Source: a virus
IMG/VR virus record: IMGVR_UViG_3300044819_000016
Location: 1-64,000 of that record
Strand: one strand, 5' to 3'
DNA length: 64,000 bases
Shown: piece after piece, positions 7,806-16,819 of the stretch
Layout of the letters: the number at the start of each line of letters is the position of its first letter
Numbering within the stretch: position 1 is the stretch's first letter
Notes under the pieces: model-generated
What the model saw: only the letters and a program-made list of their open reading frames with translations
What the model was told of the DNA's origin: nothing
Databases searched by the model: none
Position numbers and translations under genes: made by a program

Positions 7806-9478
7806 TCGCTCTCCCGTCCATCCCGCCGACCACCGCCGCCGGCATCGCGACGCTGATGGCGCAGACGCGCGTGGTCTCGCGCGCCTCTGCCGTGAAGCAG
7901 ACGGTGACGCTGGCCCAAATCGCCGATGGACACGGGCCCCAACTTGAGCTGATGGAGCGGTGCGCAGAGCTTGCCGAGGATGGCACGTTCAAGCACCGCA
8001 ACGTCATCGCCATCGCCTCCCGTCGCGCCGCCAAGTCGACATCGATCTGCGGAATCCTGGCGACCGACGGCTCACAGTACGACGGCGTCCAAATCTACTT
8101 CGGCAAGAACAAACCGGCTGTTCGCCTCAGCATCTGGACGAAGGTCTGGAAGCCGTTCCTCCGGAAGCACTTCGGCCCCCCGGGCGGCAACTACAGCCTG
8201 AACGAAACGTCGATGGTGACGACGTTCCTGTCGGGCGGCATCGTGGCGTTCACGGGAACTGACGACGTCTCACACATCGAGAACTACCTCGGTAACAAGC
8301 TGCGCCGGGCCATCCTCGACGAGGTCCAGAGCCAGCCGTCTCGCGTCCTGAATCCCCTGATCGACCGCATCCTTCCGCCCGCTCTTTCGGATGTCGGCGG
8401 TCAGATGATCCTGGCCGGCACGATCCCCGATGTCCCTGCCGGCGAGTTCTACGAAATCTGGATGACGGGCGAGGGCTGGCTCAAGCGGAATTGGAGCCGC
8501 TTCGAGAACCCGCACCTCGGGACCGTCGAGCACCAGATGAAGGAACTGGGCATGTACCTCCGGGCCTCCAAGCGCAAGATCGACGACCCCCTTGTCCAGC
8601 GCGACTGGTTCGGGAAATTCGTCTTCGATTCGAGCGCGACCGCCTATCAGTATGATCCCTCGAAGAACGCCTATCTGCCGGTCGAGCCGCCGTGGTTCGA
8701 CGAGTGGCTTCGCCAGTTCGAGGGCGATCTTGCCTTCCCGAATATCCACCGGACGATCGAGCCCGACGACGGGACCGCGCGGCACGGCATCATGGCGGCC
8801 ACGCCGCTCCCCGGGATCGAGGTCTTCGCCTGCGCCATTGACCCGGGCGCCGGTGACAGGTTCTCGGTTGTCGTCACCGGCTGGGGAACAGGGACTCAGT
8901 CAGTCCAACAGGTGTTCGAGTTCTCGGGCCCGCGGAATGCGAACTTCTCGTGGTCGATGATCGATCCCATCCGCCGGGCGATCCAGGCCCACTACGCGCC
9001 GTCCTGGTGGTTCTATGACGCCGGTGGCTCGAAGGTCGTCCTCGACACGTTCGTTGGGGATACCCAACTCCCGGCCCTCCAGCCGGCGAAGAAGGCTACC
9101 GCCGTCCGGCACCAGGTGGCCCGCGTCTCGGACATCGCCCGGAAGGGCTGGCTCCAGATCATGAGCGGATCGGCGCTGGAGGAGGACCTCCAAAAGTGCC
9201 GATGGGACCCGGGCGCCCGCGCCAAGATGGAATGGAAGATGTCCACGACCTGGCACCCCGATCCGGCCGACAGCTTCAGGTACACCCTGGAGGCGTACTT
9301 CGACATCTACGACGCGCCCGAGAAGGAGAAGACCGACGAGGAGCGCGACCGCGAGAAGCACGACAAGGACGTGCGGCGCGCGTCCGCCCGGCGGATGGCC
9401 AACATGCTCCCCGAGGACGCCGACGAGATGTACGCCCGCCAGGACGAAGCCGAGGGAGATGGAAGTGGGCAATGGTAG
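7802..9478 (+). CDS. terL: Terminase large subunit
   Basis: Walker A-like ASRRAAKS, Walker B AILDEVQ, coupling motif LAGT, nuclease AIDPG...HPDPADSFRY; upstream of the portal. Confidence 0.9.
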   Translation: MIALPSIPPTTAAGIATLMAQTRVVSRASAVKQTVTLAQIADGHGPQLELMERCAELAEDGTFKHRNVIAIASRRAAKSTSICGILATDGSQYDGVQIYFGKNKPAVRLSIWTKVWKPFLRKHFGPPGGNYSLNETSMVTTFLSGGIVAFTGTDDVSHIENYLGNKLRRAILDEVQSQPSRVLNPLIDRILPPALSDVGGQMILAGTIPDVPAGEFYEIWMTGEGWLKRNWSRFENPHLGTVEHQMKELGMYLRASKRKIDDPLVQRDWFGKFVFDSSATAYQYDPSKNAYLPVEPPWFDEWLRQFEGDLAFPNIHRTIEPDDGTARHGIMAATPLPGIEVFACAIDPGAGDRFSVVVTGWGTGTQSVQQVFEFSGPRNANFSWSMIDPIRRAIQAHYAPSWWFYDAGGSKVVLDTFVGDTQLPALQPAKKATAVRHQVARVSDIARKGWLQIMSGSALEEDLQKCRWDPGARAKMEWKMSTTWHPDPADSFRYTLEAYFDIYDAPEKEKTDEERDREKHDKDVRRASARRMANMLPEDADEMYARQDEAEGDGSGQW

Positions 9479-9663
9479 GGATCCTCGGGATGCTCCCCGG
9501 GTACCGCGCGGTGCCATGGGGGGCGCCGGCCAGCCAGATGTCGGGGACCATCGTGATCGGGTGGCTCCGTTGGCGCTGGAAGACGAAGCGGTGCCTCCGT
9601 CGGGGCGTGGCATGCCACGGGATTACGCGGGCGGTTGATCGCCTCGTCGGCAAGGAGTGATCC

Positions 9664-9684
9664 AATCGGTCTGGCCCAGGTATG
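9664..9684 (+). promoter_or_regulatory. Putative late promoter, leaderless (copy 1)
   Basis: AATC-GGTC-TGGCC-CAGGT-ATG(9682). Confidence 0.7.
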
Positions 9685-9903
9685 GATTCGAAACGGCTGA
9701 AGCCGATCCTGAAGGCCCTGCGGGAGGCAAACGTCGCGAAGTTCACGCTTGGCGACATGATCATCGAGTTTCAGCCACCGATCCCGCCTGAATTCGTCGT
9801 TTCCGGTGAGGAGACCACCCCGAACCAGGACATGATCCTGCCGGACGGGATGTTCGACCCCCGGGCCAAGCTCGCTGAAATCAACCGCAAGGTCAGCCAG
9901 TGA
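9682..9903 (+). CDS. Small pre-portal protein
   Basis: Starts at the motif-defined ATG; GTGA-coupled to the portal. Confidence 0.75.
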   Translation: MDSKRLKPILKALREANVAKFTLGDMIIEFQPPIPPEFVVSGEETTPNQDMILPDGMFDPRAKLAEINRKVSQ

Positions 9904-12035
9904 GCAAGGTGACCAAGACGGCTCGGGGCTCCAAGCCGATTGGTCTTGGCCAGTCGAACGAGATCAAGACCTTCGACTTCTCGGGCGACGCCCTCAACCA
10001 GGGCCCGGGCCCGCGCCGCTGGTGGGACATCGACGAGATGTCAGGTGGCCTCGGGAGCGCCCCGAGCGGTTCGAACAAGACCGACCAGGACTCGGTCGAG
10101 AATTCGATGGCCGCCGCCATGGTGAACGCCGCCCGGTTCATCGAGAAGAGTCCCAGCGAACAGCTGCGCTACGACCTGAACCTGCTGTACGGCTCGCTCT
10201 ACGAGGGGCGCGAGCTTACGAACCTCTACCAGTACGGGGGCCAGTCGATGGTCACCGGCGGCGGCGCGAACGTGGGGCCTGGAGCCGTCGGCCAGATCAC
10301 CTGGAACGTGATCCGCTCTGTCGTGCAGACGGTGGCCTCCCAGGTATCGCGCAGCCGCCCGCGCGCCCGGTTCATTACCAGCGGCGGCTCGGGCAAGCAG
10401 AAGCGCCGGGCCAAGAAGCTGACGACGTTCTGCGATGGGCTTTTCACGGAGGCTCGGGTCTACGAGAAGACCCAGCAGGCGTTCATCTGCGCCGGGGCCT
10501 TCGACATCGCCGGGATCCAGGTCTTCCGCGAGCACGACCGGGTCGCCGTCGAGCTGGTCCGAGCCGCCGAGATCATGATCGGCGCGAACGACGGCATCGA
10601 CGCCAAGCCACGGGCCATGTACCGGCGCAAGTTCGTGGACCGCGGCGTCCTGATCAACAAGTTCGCGAAGGGGAAGGCAAACGAGGAGCGGCGCAACGCG
10701 ATCATGTCGGCGCACAAGGCCGACCCTGTCGGTGACCAGTCAGGCTCCAACCTGGTCGAGGTCTACGAGGCGTGGCACTTGCCAAGCGGACCGGACGCGA
10801 ACGACGGGTGGCACATCATGGCCATCGACGCCTCGGCGACCGGAAGCGGCGGCCGGCTGATGGTCGAGCCGTACAAGAAGAAGTACTTCCCGATCATCCT
10901 GTTCTGCTTGGATCCGGCGCTCTCGGGCCCCTACGGTGTCTCTGCCGCCGCGACGTTGCTCCCGATCCAGCTTGCGGTGAACGTGGCGCTCGACCGCATC
11001 GCACGGGCCCAGCACCTGGCCTGCCGCCCCGGCGTCTGGGTCCCTCTCGCATCGAAGGTCGCGAAGGGGCAGATCACAAGCGCGGTCGGCGCGGTGAACT
11101 ACTACGCCGGGCAGACGCCGCCGACGTTCTACACGCCCCAGGCGATGAGCCCCGAGGTCTACCAGCAGCTGGAGCGTCATTTCGAAAAGGCGTTCTCCCT
11201 GTACGGCGTGAACACCTCGGTGGCCTCCGGAACCAAGGAGGCTGGAACCACGTCAGCCGTCGCCATTCGCGAGTCCCTCGACGTGCAGACGGCGCGCTTT
11301 GCGGTGCTCTCCCAGCGGTGGGAACAGCTTCACCTCGACATCGCCAAGCTTGCGATCGACGTGGCGCGCGACATCTACCTCGACAACAAGGAGATGATGG
11401 TCTCGGCGCCTGGGACGGCTCTCCTCGAATCGATCGACTGGAAGGACGTCAACCTCGAAGAGGACGAGTACGTGATCCAGGCGTACCCGACCTCGCTCTT
11501 GCCGACGACCCCCCAGGGGCGAATCGACCGCGTCAACGAGCTGGTGACCTCGGGAATCTGGAGCCCGAAGCGCGGCGAGGCGGCGCTCGACGATCTCGAC
11601 ATCGAGACGGCAATGTCGGCCGACCGCGCGGCCGAGAAGAACGCCGAGCGGATGTGTGAGGCGATGCTCTACGACGGCGAGTATGAGGGGCCCGACCCGA
11701 CGAACGATCTGGTGGCCTGCCTGAAGATCGGGAGCCAGTACCTGGACGAGGGGCGCGGCGACAAGACGACCCCGCCGAAGAACCTCGACCTGCTCTACCG
11801 CTTTCTGGACGACGTGGCTGCACTGCAAGCGGCTCTCAATGCACCGCCGCCGGCCCCGGGCGCTCCTGCCCCCGGTGGACCTCCCCCGGGTCCTGGCGGC
11901 CCTCCTGGTGCGCCGCCGCCGATGCCACACCCTGCGCCCCCCCCGGGGTCACCACCCGGGCCTCCTCCCGCTCCGCCACCGGGGCCACCGGGGCCCCCGC
12001 CGCCCCCGCCGGCAGCCGCGCCGCCCCCGGCCTGA
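9900..12035 (+). CDS. Portal protein (podovirus type) with polyproline tail
   Basis: Size and position after TerL; NVIRSVVQTVASQV..SRPR..F.T.G and VEVYEAWHLPS patterns. Confidence 0.85.
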   Translation: MSKVTKTARGSKPIGLGQSNEIKTFDFSGDALNQGPGPRRWWDIDEMSGGLGSAPSGSNKTDQDSVENSMAAAMVNAARFIEKSPSEQLRYDLNLLYGSLYEGRELTNLYQYGGQSMVTGGGANVGPGAVGQITWNVIRSVVQTVASQVSRSRPRARFITSGGSGKQKRRAKKLTTFCDGLFTEARVYEKTQQAFICAGAFDIAGIQVFREHDRVAVELVRAAEIMIGANDGIDAKPRAMYRRKFVDRGVLINKFAKGKANEERRNAIMSAHKADPVGDQSGSNLVEVYEAWHLPSGPDANDGWHIMAIDASATGSGGRLMVEPYKKKYFPIILFCLDPALSGPYGVSAAATLLPIQLAVNVALDRIARAQHLACRPGVWVPLASKVAKGQITSAVGAVNYYAGQTPPTFYTPQAMSPEVYQQLERHFEKAFSLYGVNTSVASGTKEAGTTSAVAIRESLDVQTARFAVLSQRWEQLHLDIAKLAIDVARDIYLDNKEMMVSAPGTALLESIDWKDVNLEEDEYVIQAYPTSLLPTTPQGRIDRVNELVTSGIWSPKRGEAALDDLDIETAMSADRAAEKNAERMCEAMLYDGEYEGPDPTNDLVACLKIGSQYLDEGRGDKTTPPKNLDLLYRFLDDVAALQAALNAPPPAPGAPAPGGPPPGPGGPPGAPPPMPHPAPPPGSPPGPPPAPPPGPPGPPPPPPAAAPPPA

Positions 12036-12052
12036 TCGAACTGGCCCCGGTA
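12034..12052 (+). promoter_or_regulatory. Putative late promoter (copy 2), no ATG at +1
   Basis: GATC-GAAC-TGGCC-CCGGT-A. Confidence 0.6.
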
Positions 12053-12163
12053 GCACCGGCGCCAATCCTCGGTGTCTTGGCCATGGCGGGGCGCCCCGAC
12101 TCAGGGTCGGTGCGACGGGGTAGGTTTAGGGCCCGATCGGACGTCTCCCCGATCGGGCCTTTG
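12052..12163 (+). ncRNA. Putative ~110-nt small RNA
   Basis: Bounded by motif copy 2 and a terminator-like hairpin; stems GCACCGG/TCGGTGC and CGCCA/TGGCG. Confidence 0.45.
12129..12163 (+). terminator. Rho-independent terminator-like hairpin
   Basis: GGGCCCGATCGG-N8-CCGATCGGGCCT followed by TT. Confidence 0.6.
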
Positions 12164-12176
12164 ATCTGTCCGTTGC

Positions 12177-12197
12177 GATCGGGCTGGCCCCGGTATG
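12177..12197 (+). promoter_or_regulatory. Putative late promoter, leaderless (copy 3)
   Basis: GATC-GGGC-TGGCC-CCGGT-ATG(12195). Confidence 0.75.
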
Positions 12198-12503
12198 GCC
12201 AACCCACAAAATCAGCCCACACCGGCCGCGCCCGAATCGGCGCCGGCCAAAGTCCCCCTCACCCTCGAAGCCCTCATGGAGCGCATCGAGCGCGCCGAGG
12301 CCGAGAACGCCGCCCTCAAGGAGAAACTCGAAGCCGTCCCGAGCGGCCTTCCCCTGACGCCTGAGCAGATCGCCGCCCTCCAGGCTGACGCCTTGGCGGC
12401 CGGTCTCCCCGGCAACCAGGTCCGCCCGACCATGGGCCAACTCCATAAGGCCACTGGCAAGGAGATCTTCAACGGCTCTCGCCCCACCGGAAGGGCTGGC
12501 TGA
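12195..12503 (+). CDS. Hypothetical head-module protein
   Basis: Short coiled coil; leaderless start at the motif. Confidence 0.75.
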   Translation: MANPQNQPTPAAPESAPAKVPLTLEALMERIERAEAENAALKEKLEAVPSGLPLTPEQIAALQADALAAGLPGNQVRPTMGQLHKATGKEIFNGSRPTGRAG

Positions 12504-12506
12504 CCC

Positions 12507-12743
12507 ATGGCCGACGAGAGCGTCACGCCAGTCCCCGAGGTCATCCCGGTTGGTCCGGGCCGCAGCGACAACCCGGTGCAGTTCCCGGGCGGCTTGCAGC
12601 CGGTGCCCGCGCACGTCGAGGTCGATCCGCCCGTCGCCGACATCCCTCCGGCCTCTCCGCCGCCCGTGACGGTGCCGCCCGAGTCCGATCCTGAGCCGGC
12701 GCCGTTCTTCGACCGACAGTATCCGACAGGGGCGCCTCAGTGA
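12507..12743 (+). CDS. Pro-rich hypothetical protein
   Basis: Tightly packed; GTGA-coupled to the scaffold. Confidence 0.6.
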   Translation: MADESVTPVPEVIPVGPGRSDNPVQFPGGLQPVPAHVEVDPPVADIPPASPPPVTVPPESDPEPAPFFDRQYPTGAPQ

Positions 12744-13825
12744 GCGCCGCCGCTGGTGCAGCGGCAGTCCAGGCTCCGACCCCGGATGCCGGCGCCGTCC
12801 CCGACGTCGACGCAGCCGGCATCGAGTCAGGCGATGGGCCGTCCCTGGAAGACATGGCCGCGATTATGGACGAGTCTGGCGGCGAGACGCCGGCCGCGCC
12901 CGCTCCAGTCGCCCCTCCGGTTAAGGGACCGGCCACCCCCCCAGCCGTCGCCGCCGCGCCCAAGGCTCCCGAGGAGCTTCCCGGTGAGGAGCCGCCCGCG
13001 CCCGCGGTGGACGTGGCCAAGGAGGCCGACAAGCTCCGCAAGGGCTGGGCGGCGCTGGCTCGCGACAAGGAGCAACTCGTCGCGAAGGCCCAGCAGTTGA
13101 CGTCCGAGATCGAGCGCGTCAAGGCGTACGAGAACAAGGCGAAGTTCCTCGACACGCTGCCGGAGAAGATCGCCGCCAATCCCATCGCGTTCCTCGAAGC
13201 GAACGGGGTCAGCGTCGACGATCTCCTGAACCGCGTGATCGAGGCCGAGAAGTCCCCGGTCGAGCGCGAGATCGCCCAGCTCAGGGCCGAGCGCGAAGCC
13301 GAGAAGAAGCGCGCCGCCGATGAGCAGAAGAACGCCGCCGCGCGCGCCGAGCAGGAGAAGAACCAGCGGATCATCCAGGAATGGCAGCAGCGGAACACGT
13401 CGTTCGCGAGCACCAATCCCGACCGCTACGACATGATCGTGGCGCTTGAACAGGGCGAAGCCGTCCATCAGACGTGTCTCGCCTACCACGCGAAGCACGG
13501 CGTGATCCTCGACCCGGCGACCGCCGCCGACTACGTCGAGAAGGGTCTCCGCGCGGGGATTCAAAAATCCAAGTACCTCAAGGGTCTTCTGGCGTCGAGC
13601 CAGCCGAAGGCTCCTGTTCCCGCTCCAAAACCGGCTCAACCCAGCAGCACACCCAAAGTCGCCCCCAAGCAAACGGGCAGTACTGTCACGCTTTCGAGCG
13701 TGGCGACCGGAGACTCGGCGCCATCGGCGAACGATCTTCCGGCTGATTCCGATGCACGAATGGAAGCGGTCCTCCGCGAGATGCACGCTGCCGGCGAACT
13801 GCCGGATCAGTGGCGCGTCGGCTGA
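12740..13825 (+). CDS. Capsid scaffolding protein
   Basis: Acidic/Pro-rich N-terminus and long coiled coil; directly before the capsid gene. Confidence 0.8.
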   Translation: MSAAAGAAAVQAPTPDAGAVPDVDAAGIESGDGPSLEDMAAIMDESGGETPAAPAPVAPPVKGPATPPAVAAAPKAPEELPGEEPPAPAVDVAKEADKLRKGWAALARDKEQLVAKAQQLTSEIERVKAYENKAKFLDTLPEKIAANPIAFLEANGVSVDDLLNRVIEAEKSPVEREIAQLRAEREAEKKRAADEQKNAAARAEQEKNQRIIQEWQQRNTSFASTNPDRYDMIVALEQGEAVHQTCLAYHAKHGVILDPATAADYVEKGLRAGIQKSKYLKGLLASSQPKAPVPAPKPAQPSSTPKVAPKQTGSTVTLSSVATGDSAPSANDLPADSDARMEAVLREMHAAGELPDQWRVG

Positions 13826-13857
13826 ACCCTTCCACCTGACCCAAGGGGAAATCGACC

Positions 13858-15138
13858 ATGACTACCGGCGCAAATAGCACCACCGGCGTGAACTTTCTGA
13901 AGAAGTTCTACACGCCGAACTTCATCGTGAACACCGTCTCCGGGAAGGCTTCCCGCCTTTTCAATCTGATCACCCACAAGACCAACGGATCGGGGAAGGA
14001 CTACAACTTCCTGTCCGTGGTCGGCGACAACCCCTCGGGTTCGGCCGTCATGTCGAACAGCCAGAGCACCGGCACCGCGAGCATGCAGCAGGGCGTCCAG
14101 TTCGTGGTCCCGTGGTTCAACGACTACGAGACCCCGACCGTCGCTGGCGACTTGATCGCCAAGACCCGTAACGACCAGGGAGGTTGGCTCCCGGCCCTCA
14201 AGGCCGAAATGGATTCCTCGCTCCGGTACGCCGGGCACCGGAAGTCCATCGCCCTCTTCACCTCGGGTTGGGGCGAGTTGGGGCAGATCAGCGCCGCGCA
14301 GAACCTGACCCTCGCCGTCCTGACCCTGGCCGACCCGAGCGCGATCTACCGCTTCATTCCCGGGCAGCAGATCGTGTTCTCCGGAACGCTCAACTCCTCG
14401 CTGCTCCGCGGGAACGGCGACTTCCTGACGATCACCGGCGTGAACTACTCGACCGGCACGCTCCAGCTCTCTGCCGCGATCAACTCGATCGCAGCCGGCG
14501 CGGGTGGCGTGGTGGCCGTGTCGGACATCATTTTCATCAACGGCGACCGCCAGAACAGCGCCACTCCTTCTCTCCGTCGTCCGGTGGGCCTCGGCTCTCC
14601 TCTCGGTGGCGGGTGGGCTCCCATCGTCCAGCCGACCCCCGGTGAGTCGTTCTTCGGCCAGGATCGCACCCTGAACAGCTTCCTGACGAGCTTCTACATC
14701 GACGGGCGCTCTCAGCCCCTGCCGATGAGCTTCGTGCAGGCCGCGCAGACGACCTCCAGCATCGGCAACGCCGACACGCTGGTCGGTGTCTGCTCGCCGC
14801 GCCAGTTCTCGGTCCTCGCCAACTCGATGCAGGGACAGGTCCAGTACACCCAGATCACCGGCCGCGGTGGCGTGGCGTTCAAGACCATCATGGTCTACGC
14901 CGACGGCATCGAGCTGCCGGTCATCTCGGACAAGTACTGCGTGGACGGCGTCGCCTACGTGGGCGACCCGAAGACCCTCAAGCACACCTCGATCGGCGAG
15001 GCGCCGCACATCAACCACGACGACGGGCAGCAGATGGTCCGTCAGACCGGCGACGACGGCGTCGAGGTCCGCATCCGTTCCTTCGAGACGTTGACTCTCG
15101 AAGGCGCGGCTTCCTGGGCCACCATCCAGCTGGCCTAA
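13858..15138 (+). CDS. Major capsid protein
   Basis: 426 aa; follows the scaffold; strongly biased codons; purine-rich RBS; followed by a strong hairpin. Confidence 0.85.
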   Translation: MTTGANSTTGVNFLKKFYTPNFIVNTVSGKASRLFNLITHKTNGSGKDYNFLSVVGDNPSGSAVMSNSQSTGTASMQQGVQFVVPWFNDYETPTVAGDLIAKTRNDQGGWLPALKAEMDSSLRYAGHRKSIALFTSGWGELGQISAAQNLTLAVLTLADPSAIYRFIPGQQIVFSGTLNSSLLRGNGDFLTITGVNYSTGTLQLSAAINSIAAGAGGVVAVSDIIFINGDRQNSATPSLRRPVGLGSPLGGGWAPIVQPTPGESFFGQDRTLNSFLTSFYIDGRSQPLPMSFVQAAQTTSSIGNADTLVGVCSPRQFSVLANSMQGQVQYTQITGRGGVAFKTIMVYADGIELPVISDKYCVDGVAYVGDPKTLKHTSIGEAPHINHDDGQQMVRQTGDDGVEVRIRSFETLTLEGAASWATIQLA

Positions 15139-15140
15139 CC

Positions 15141-15194
15141 GGCTGACCTGACGGCGAGGGCTTGAGCAATCGAGCCCTCGCCTGACGGTCAACC
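15141..15194 (+). terminator. Extended hairpin after the capsid gene (stabiliser/attenuator)
   Basis: GGCGAGGGCTTGA-GCAA-TCGAGCCCTCGCC plus TGAC/TGAC internal loop and basal GGCTGACC/GGTCAACC; no U-tract. Confidence 0.55.
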
Positions 15195-15231
15195 ATCCTC
15201 GAAATCGCCTCTCTGAAAGAAGGATCTTCAC

Positions 15232-15663
15232 ATGGCCGATCTTCCCAAGTACAAGCCCGACGGCGTCACGCAGACTCGCGTGTCTCGCCTCACCGGGTGG
15301 CTCGCAATCGGAGCGACCGGGGCCATTACGGGCCAGTCCGGCGTCTCCACCTCGACCTCCGGTGGTCAACTGTGCGGCGTCACCTGGAGCCGCAATGCCA
15401 CCGGCGACTACCGCGCAACGCTCCACCGCGGCTACAAGCGGGCCATCCGTGGCGACGCCCAGATCATCGGGCCGACCATCGGAACCGCTCCCACGGGCTG
15501 CGTCGACGCAAGCCTGATCATCCCGCCCGGCTGCTTCATCGGCTCGACCCCGGTGGCGGCGACCGGACAGGTCGGGATCACGACCATGTCCGCCGCGGGG
15601 GCCCTCGCTGACCCACAGAGCGGATCCATCGTCAGCTACGACATCGAACTGGCGGACATCTAA
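15232..15663 (+). CDS. Probable capsid decoration/cement protein
   Basis: G/T/A-rich beta protein immediately after the capsid gene; RBS AAGGA. Confidence 0.6.
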   Translation: MADLPKYKPDGVTQTRVSRLTGWLAIGATGAITGQSGVSTSTSGGQLCGVTWSRNATGDYRATLHRGYKRAIRGDAQIIGPTIGTAPTGCVDASLIIPPGCFIGSTPVAATGQVGITTMSAAGALADPQSGSIVSYDIELADI

Positions 15664-15666
15664 GCC

Positions 15667-15993
15667 ATGGGCATGGACAGCAAAAAGCTCGCGCTCGTGA
15701 TCGCGGGCGGCATGCCGCCGCCTAACAGGCTGAGGCCAGGTGGGAGCATGAAGTTCGGCGAGGACGGTGGCGGAGACGATCCCGGCTCCGACGATGCGAC
15801 CGAGTCACCGCAGGAGGACCAGGACGAGTCCGAGAGCGGCGAGACCGGCGGCGGGAAAGCGGCTCTCAAGGCTGCCTTCGACGCCATGAAGACCGGCGAC
15901 ATGAGTGCGGCGTGGGATTCGTTCTGCGACGCCATCGACATCGCCAAGAACCGCTCGAAGCCGAGCGGCAACGAAAAGGGCGGCCCGTACTGA
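15667..15993 (+). CDS. Acidic hypothetical protein
   Basis: Tight packing; ends before a terminator. Confidence 0.7.
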   Translation: MGMDSKKLALVIAGGMPPPNRLRPGGSMKFGEDGGGDDPGSDDATESPQEDQDESESGETGGGKAALKAAFDAMKTGDMSAAWDSFCDAIDIAKNRSKPSGNEKGGPY

Positions 15994-16003
15994 TTGACCT
16001 TGC

Positions 16004-16039
16004 CCGCTCTCCTGGCTGACCCCGGGAGAGCGGCTTTTT
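16004..16039 (+). terminator. Rho-independent terminator
   Basis: CCGCTCTCCTGG-N6-CCGGGAGAGCGG-C-TTTTT. Confidence 0.85.
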
Positions 16040-16054
16040 ACGTTCGGAGGCACC

Positions 16055-16711
16055 TTGACAGTCACCCTGGCTCAGATTCGCGGACAGGCCCAGGACATCT
16101 GCGACTTCGTGAACAACCCGCAGGTAGGGACCCCGACCTGGACCCAGTGGACGAACGACGGCATCGAGAAGCTGTACCGCATCGTCATCAAGCTCTCGAC
16201 CGGCGCATTCGAGACGTCGGCTGACGTGACCCTCTCCTCCGCGACGAACCTGATTCCGAAGCCTGCTGGGTTTCGACGTCTCCTCGGCTTGACCCTGGAT
16301 CCGACGTCCCCGGGCATGCGCCGCAGCCTTCCGAAATACAACAAGGGGAACCGCGACGCCTACGGGACGCTCGGCCCCCGCCGATACCGCGTCCTCGGCG
16401 ACTCGATCTCCGTCGAGCCCTTCCAGCTCGCCGCCGGCAACTACCGGATCTATTACGTCGCCGGCCCGAACAAACTCGTCGCCGACAGCGACACCATGGA
16501 TCCCGTCCTCGCCGACTACGTTGACTACGTCGTGACCTGGATGTGCATCAAGGCGCTCGGCAAGGAAGAGAGCGACAATCGCGATCTGTACGTCGAGCTT
16601 GCGAAGATCGAACAGGACGTGATGGAAGCCTTCGCGATGATCGACGGCGACGATTCCGACACCATCGTCGATGACGACGACCGCGGGCCAAGCGTCTGGA
16701 CTGTGCCGTAG
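16055..16711 (+). CDS. Head-tail adaptor
   Basis: RBS GGAGG; N-terminal TL..IR..A....D pattern, YRIYY and C-terminal helices typical of podovirus adaptors. Confidence 0.7.
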   Translation: MTVTLAQIRGQAQDICDFVNNPQVGTPTWTQWTNDGIEKLYRIVIKLSTGAFETSADVTLSSATNLIPKPAGFRRLLGLTLDPTSPGMRRSLPKYNKGNRDAYGTLGPRRYRVLGDSISVEPFQLAAGNYRIYYVAGPNKLVADSDTMDPVLADYVDYVVTWMCIKALGKEESDNRDLYVELAKIEQDVMEAFAMIDGDDSDTIVDDDDRGPSVWTVP

Positions 16712-16774
16712 CATTTTTCCATTTGTCCGCTATCGTCATCGCCCAGTACGAAGGCGCCGCGGTCCCGTAGTCCC

Positions 16775-16795
16775 GATCCCCTTGGCCAGGGTATG
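16775..16795 (+). promoter_or_regulatory. Putative late promoter (copy 4)
   Basis: GATC-CCCT-TGGCC-AGGGT-ATG(16793). Confidence 0.7.
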
Positions 16796-16819
16796 GCCAG
16801 CATCGGGGCTCGCGCGTAA

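Noticed and set aside
13807-15426. Long antisense ORFs here and at 25848-27329, 31365-33770, 45451-47307 and 58511-59998
   Set aside because: Expected stop-free shadows of GC3-rich genes; no motifs or start signals.
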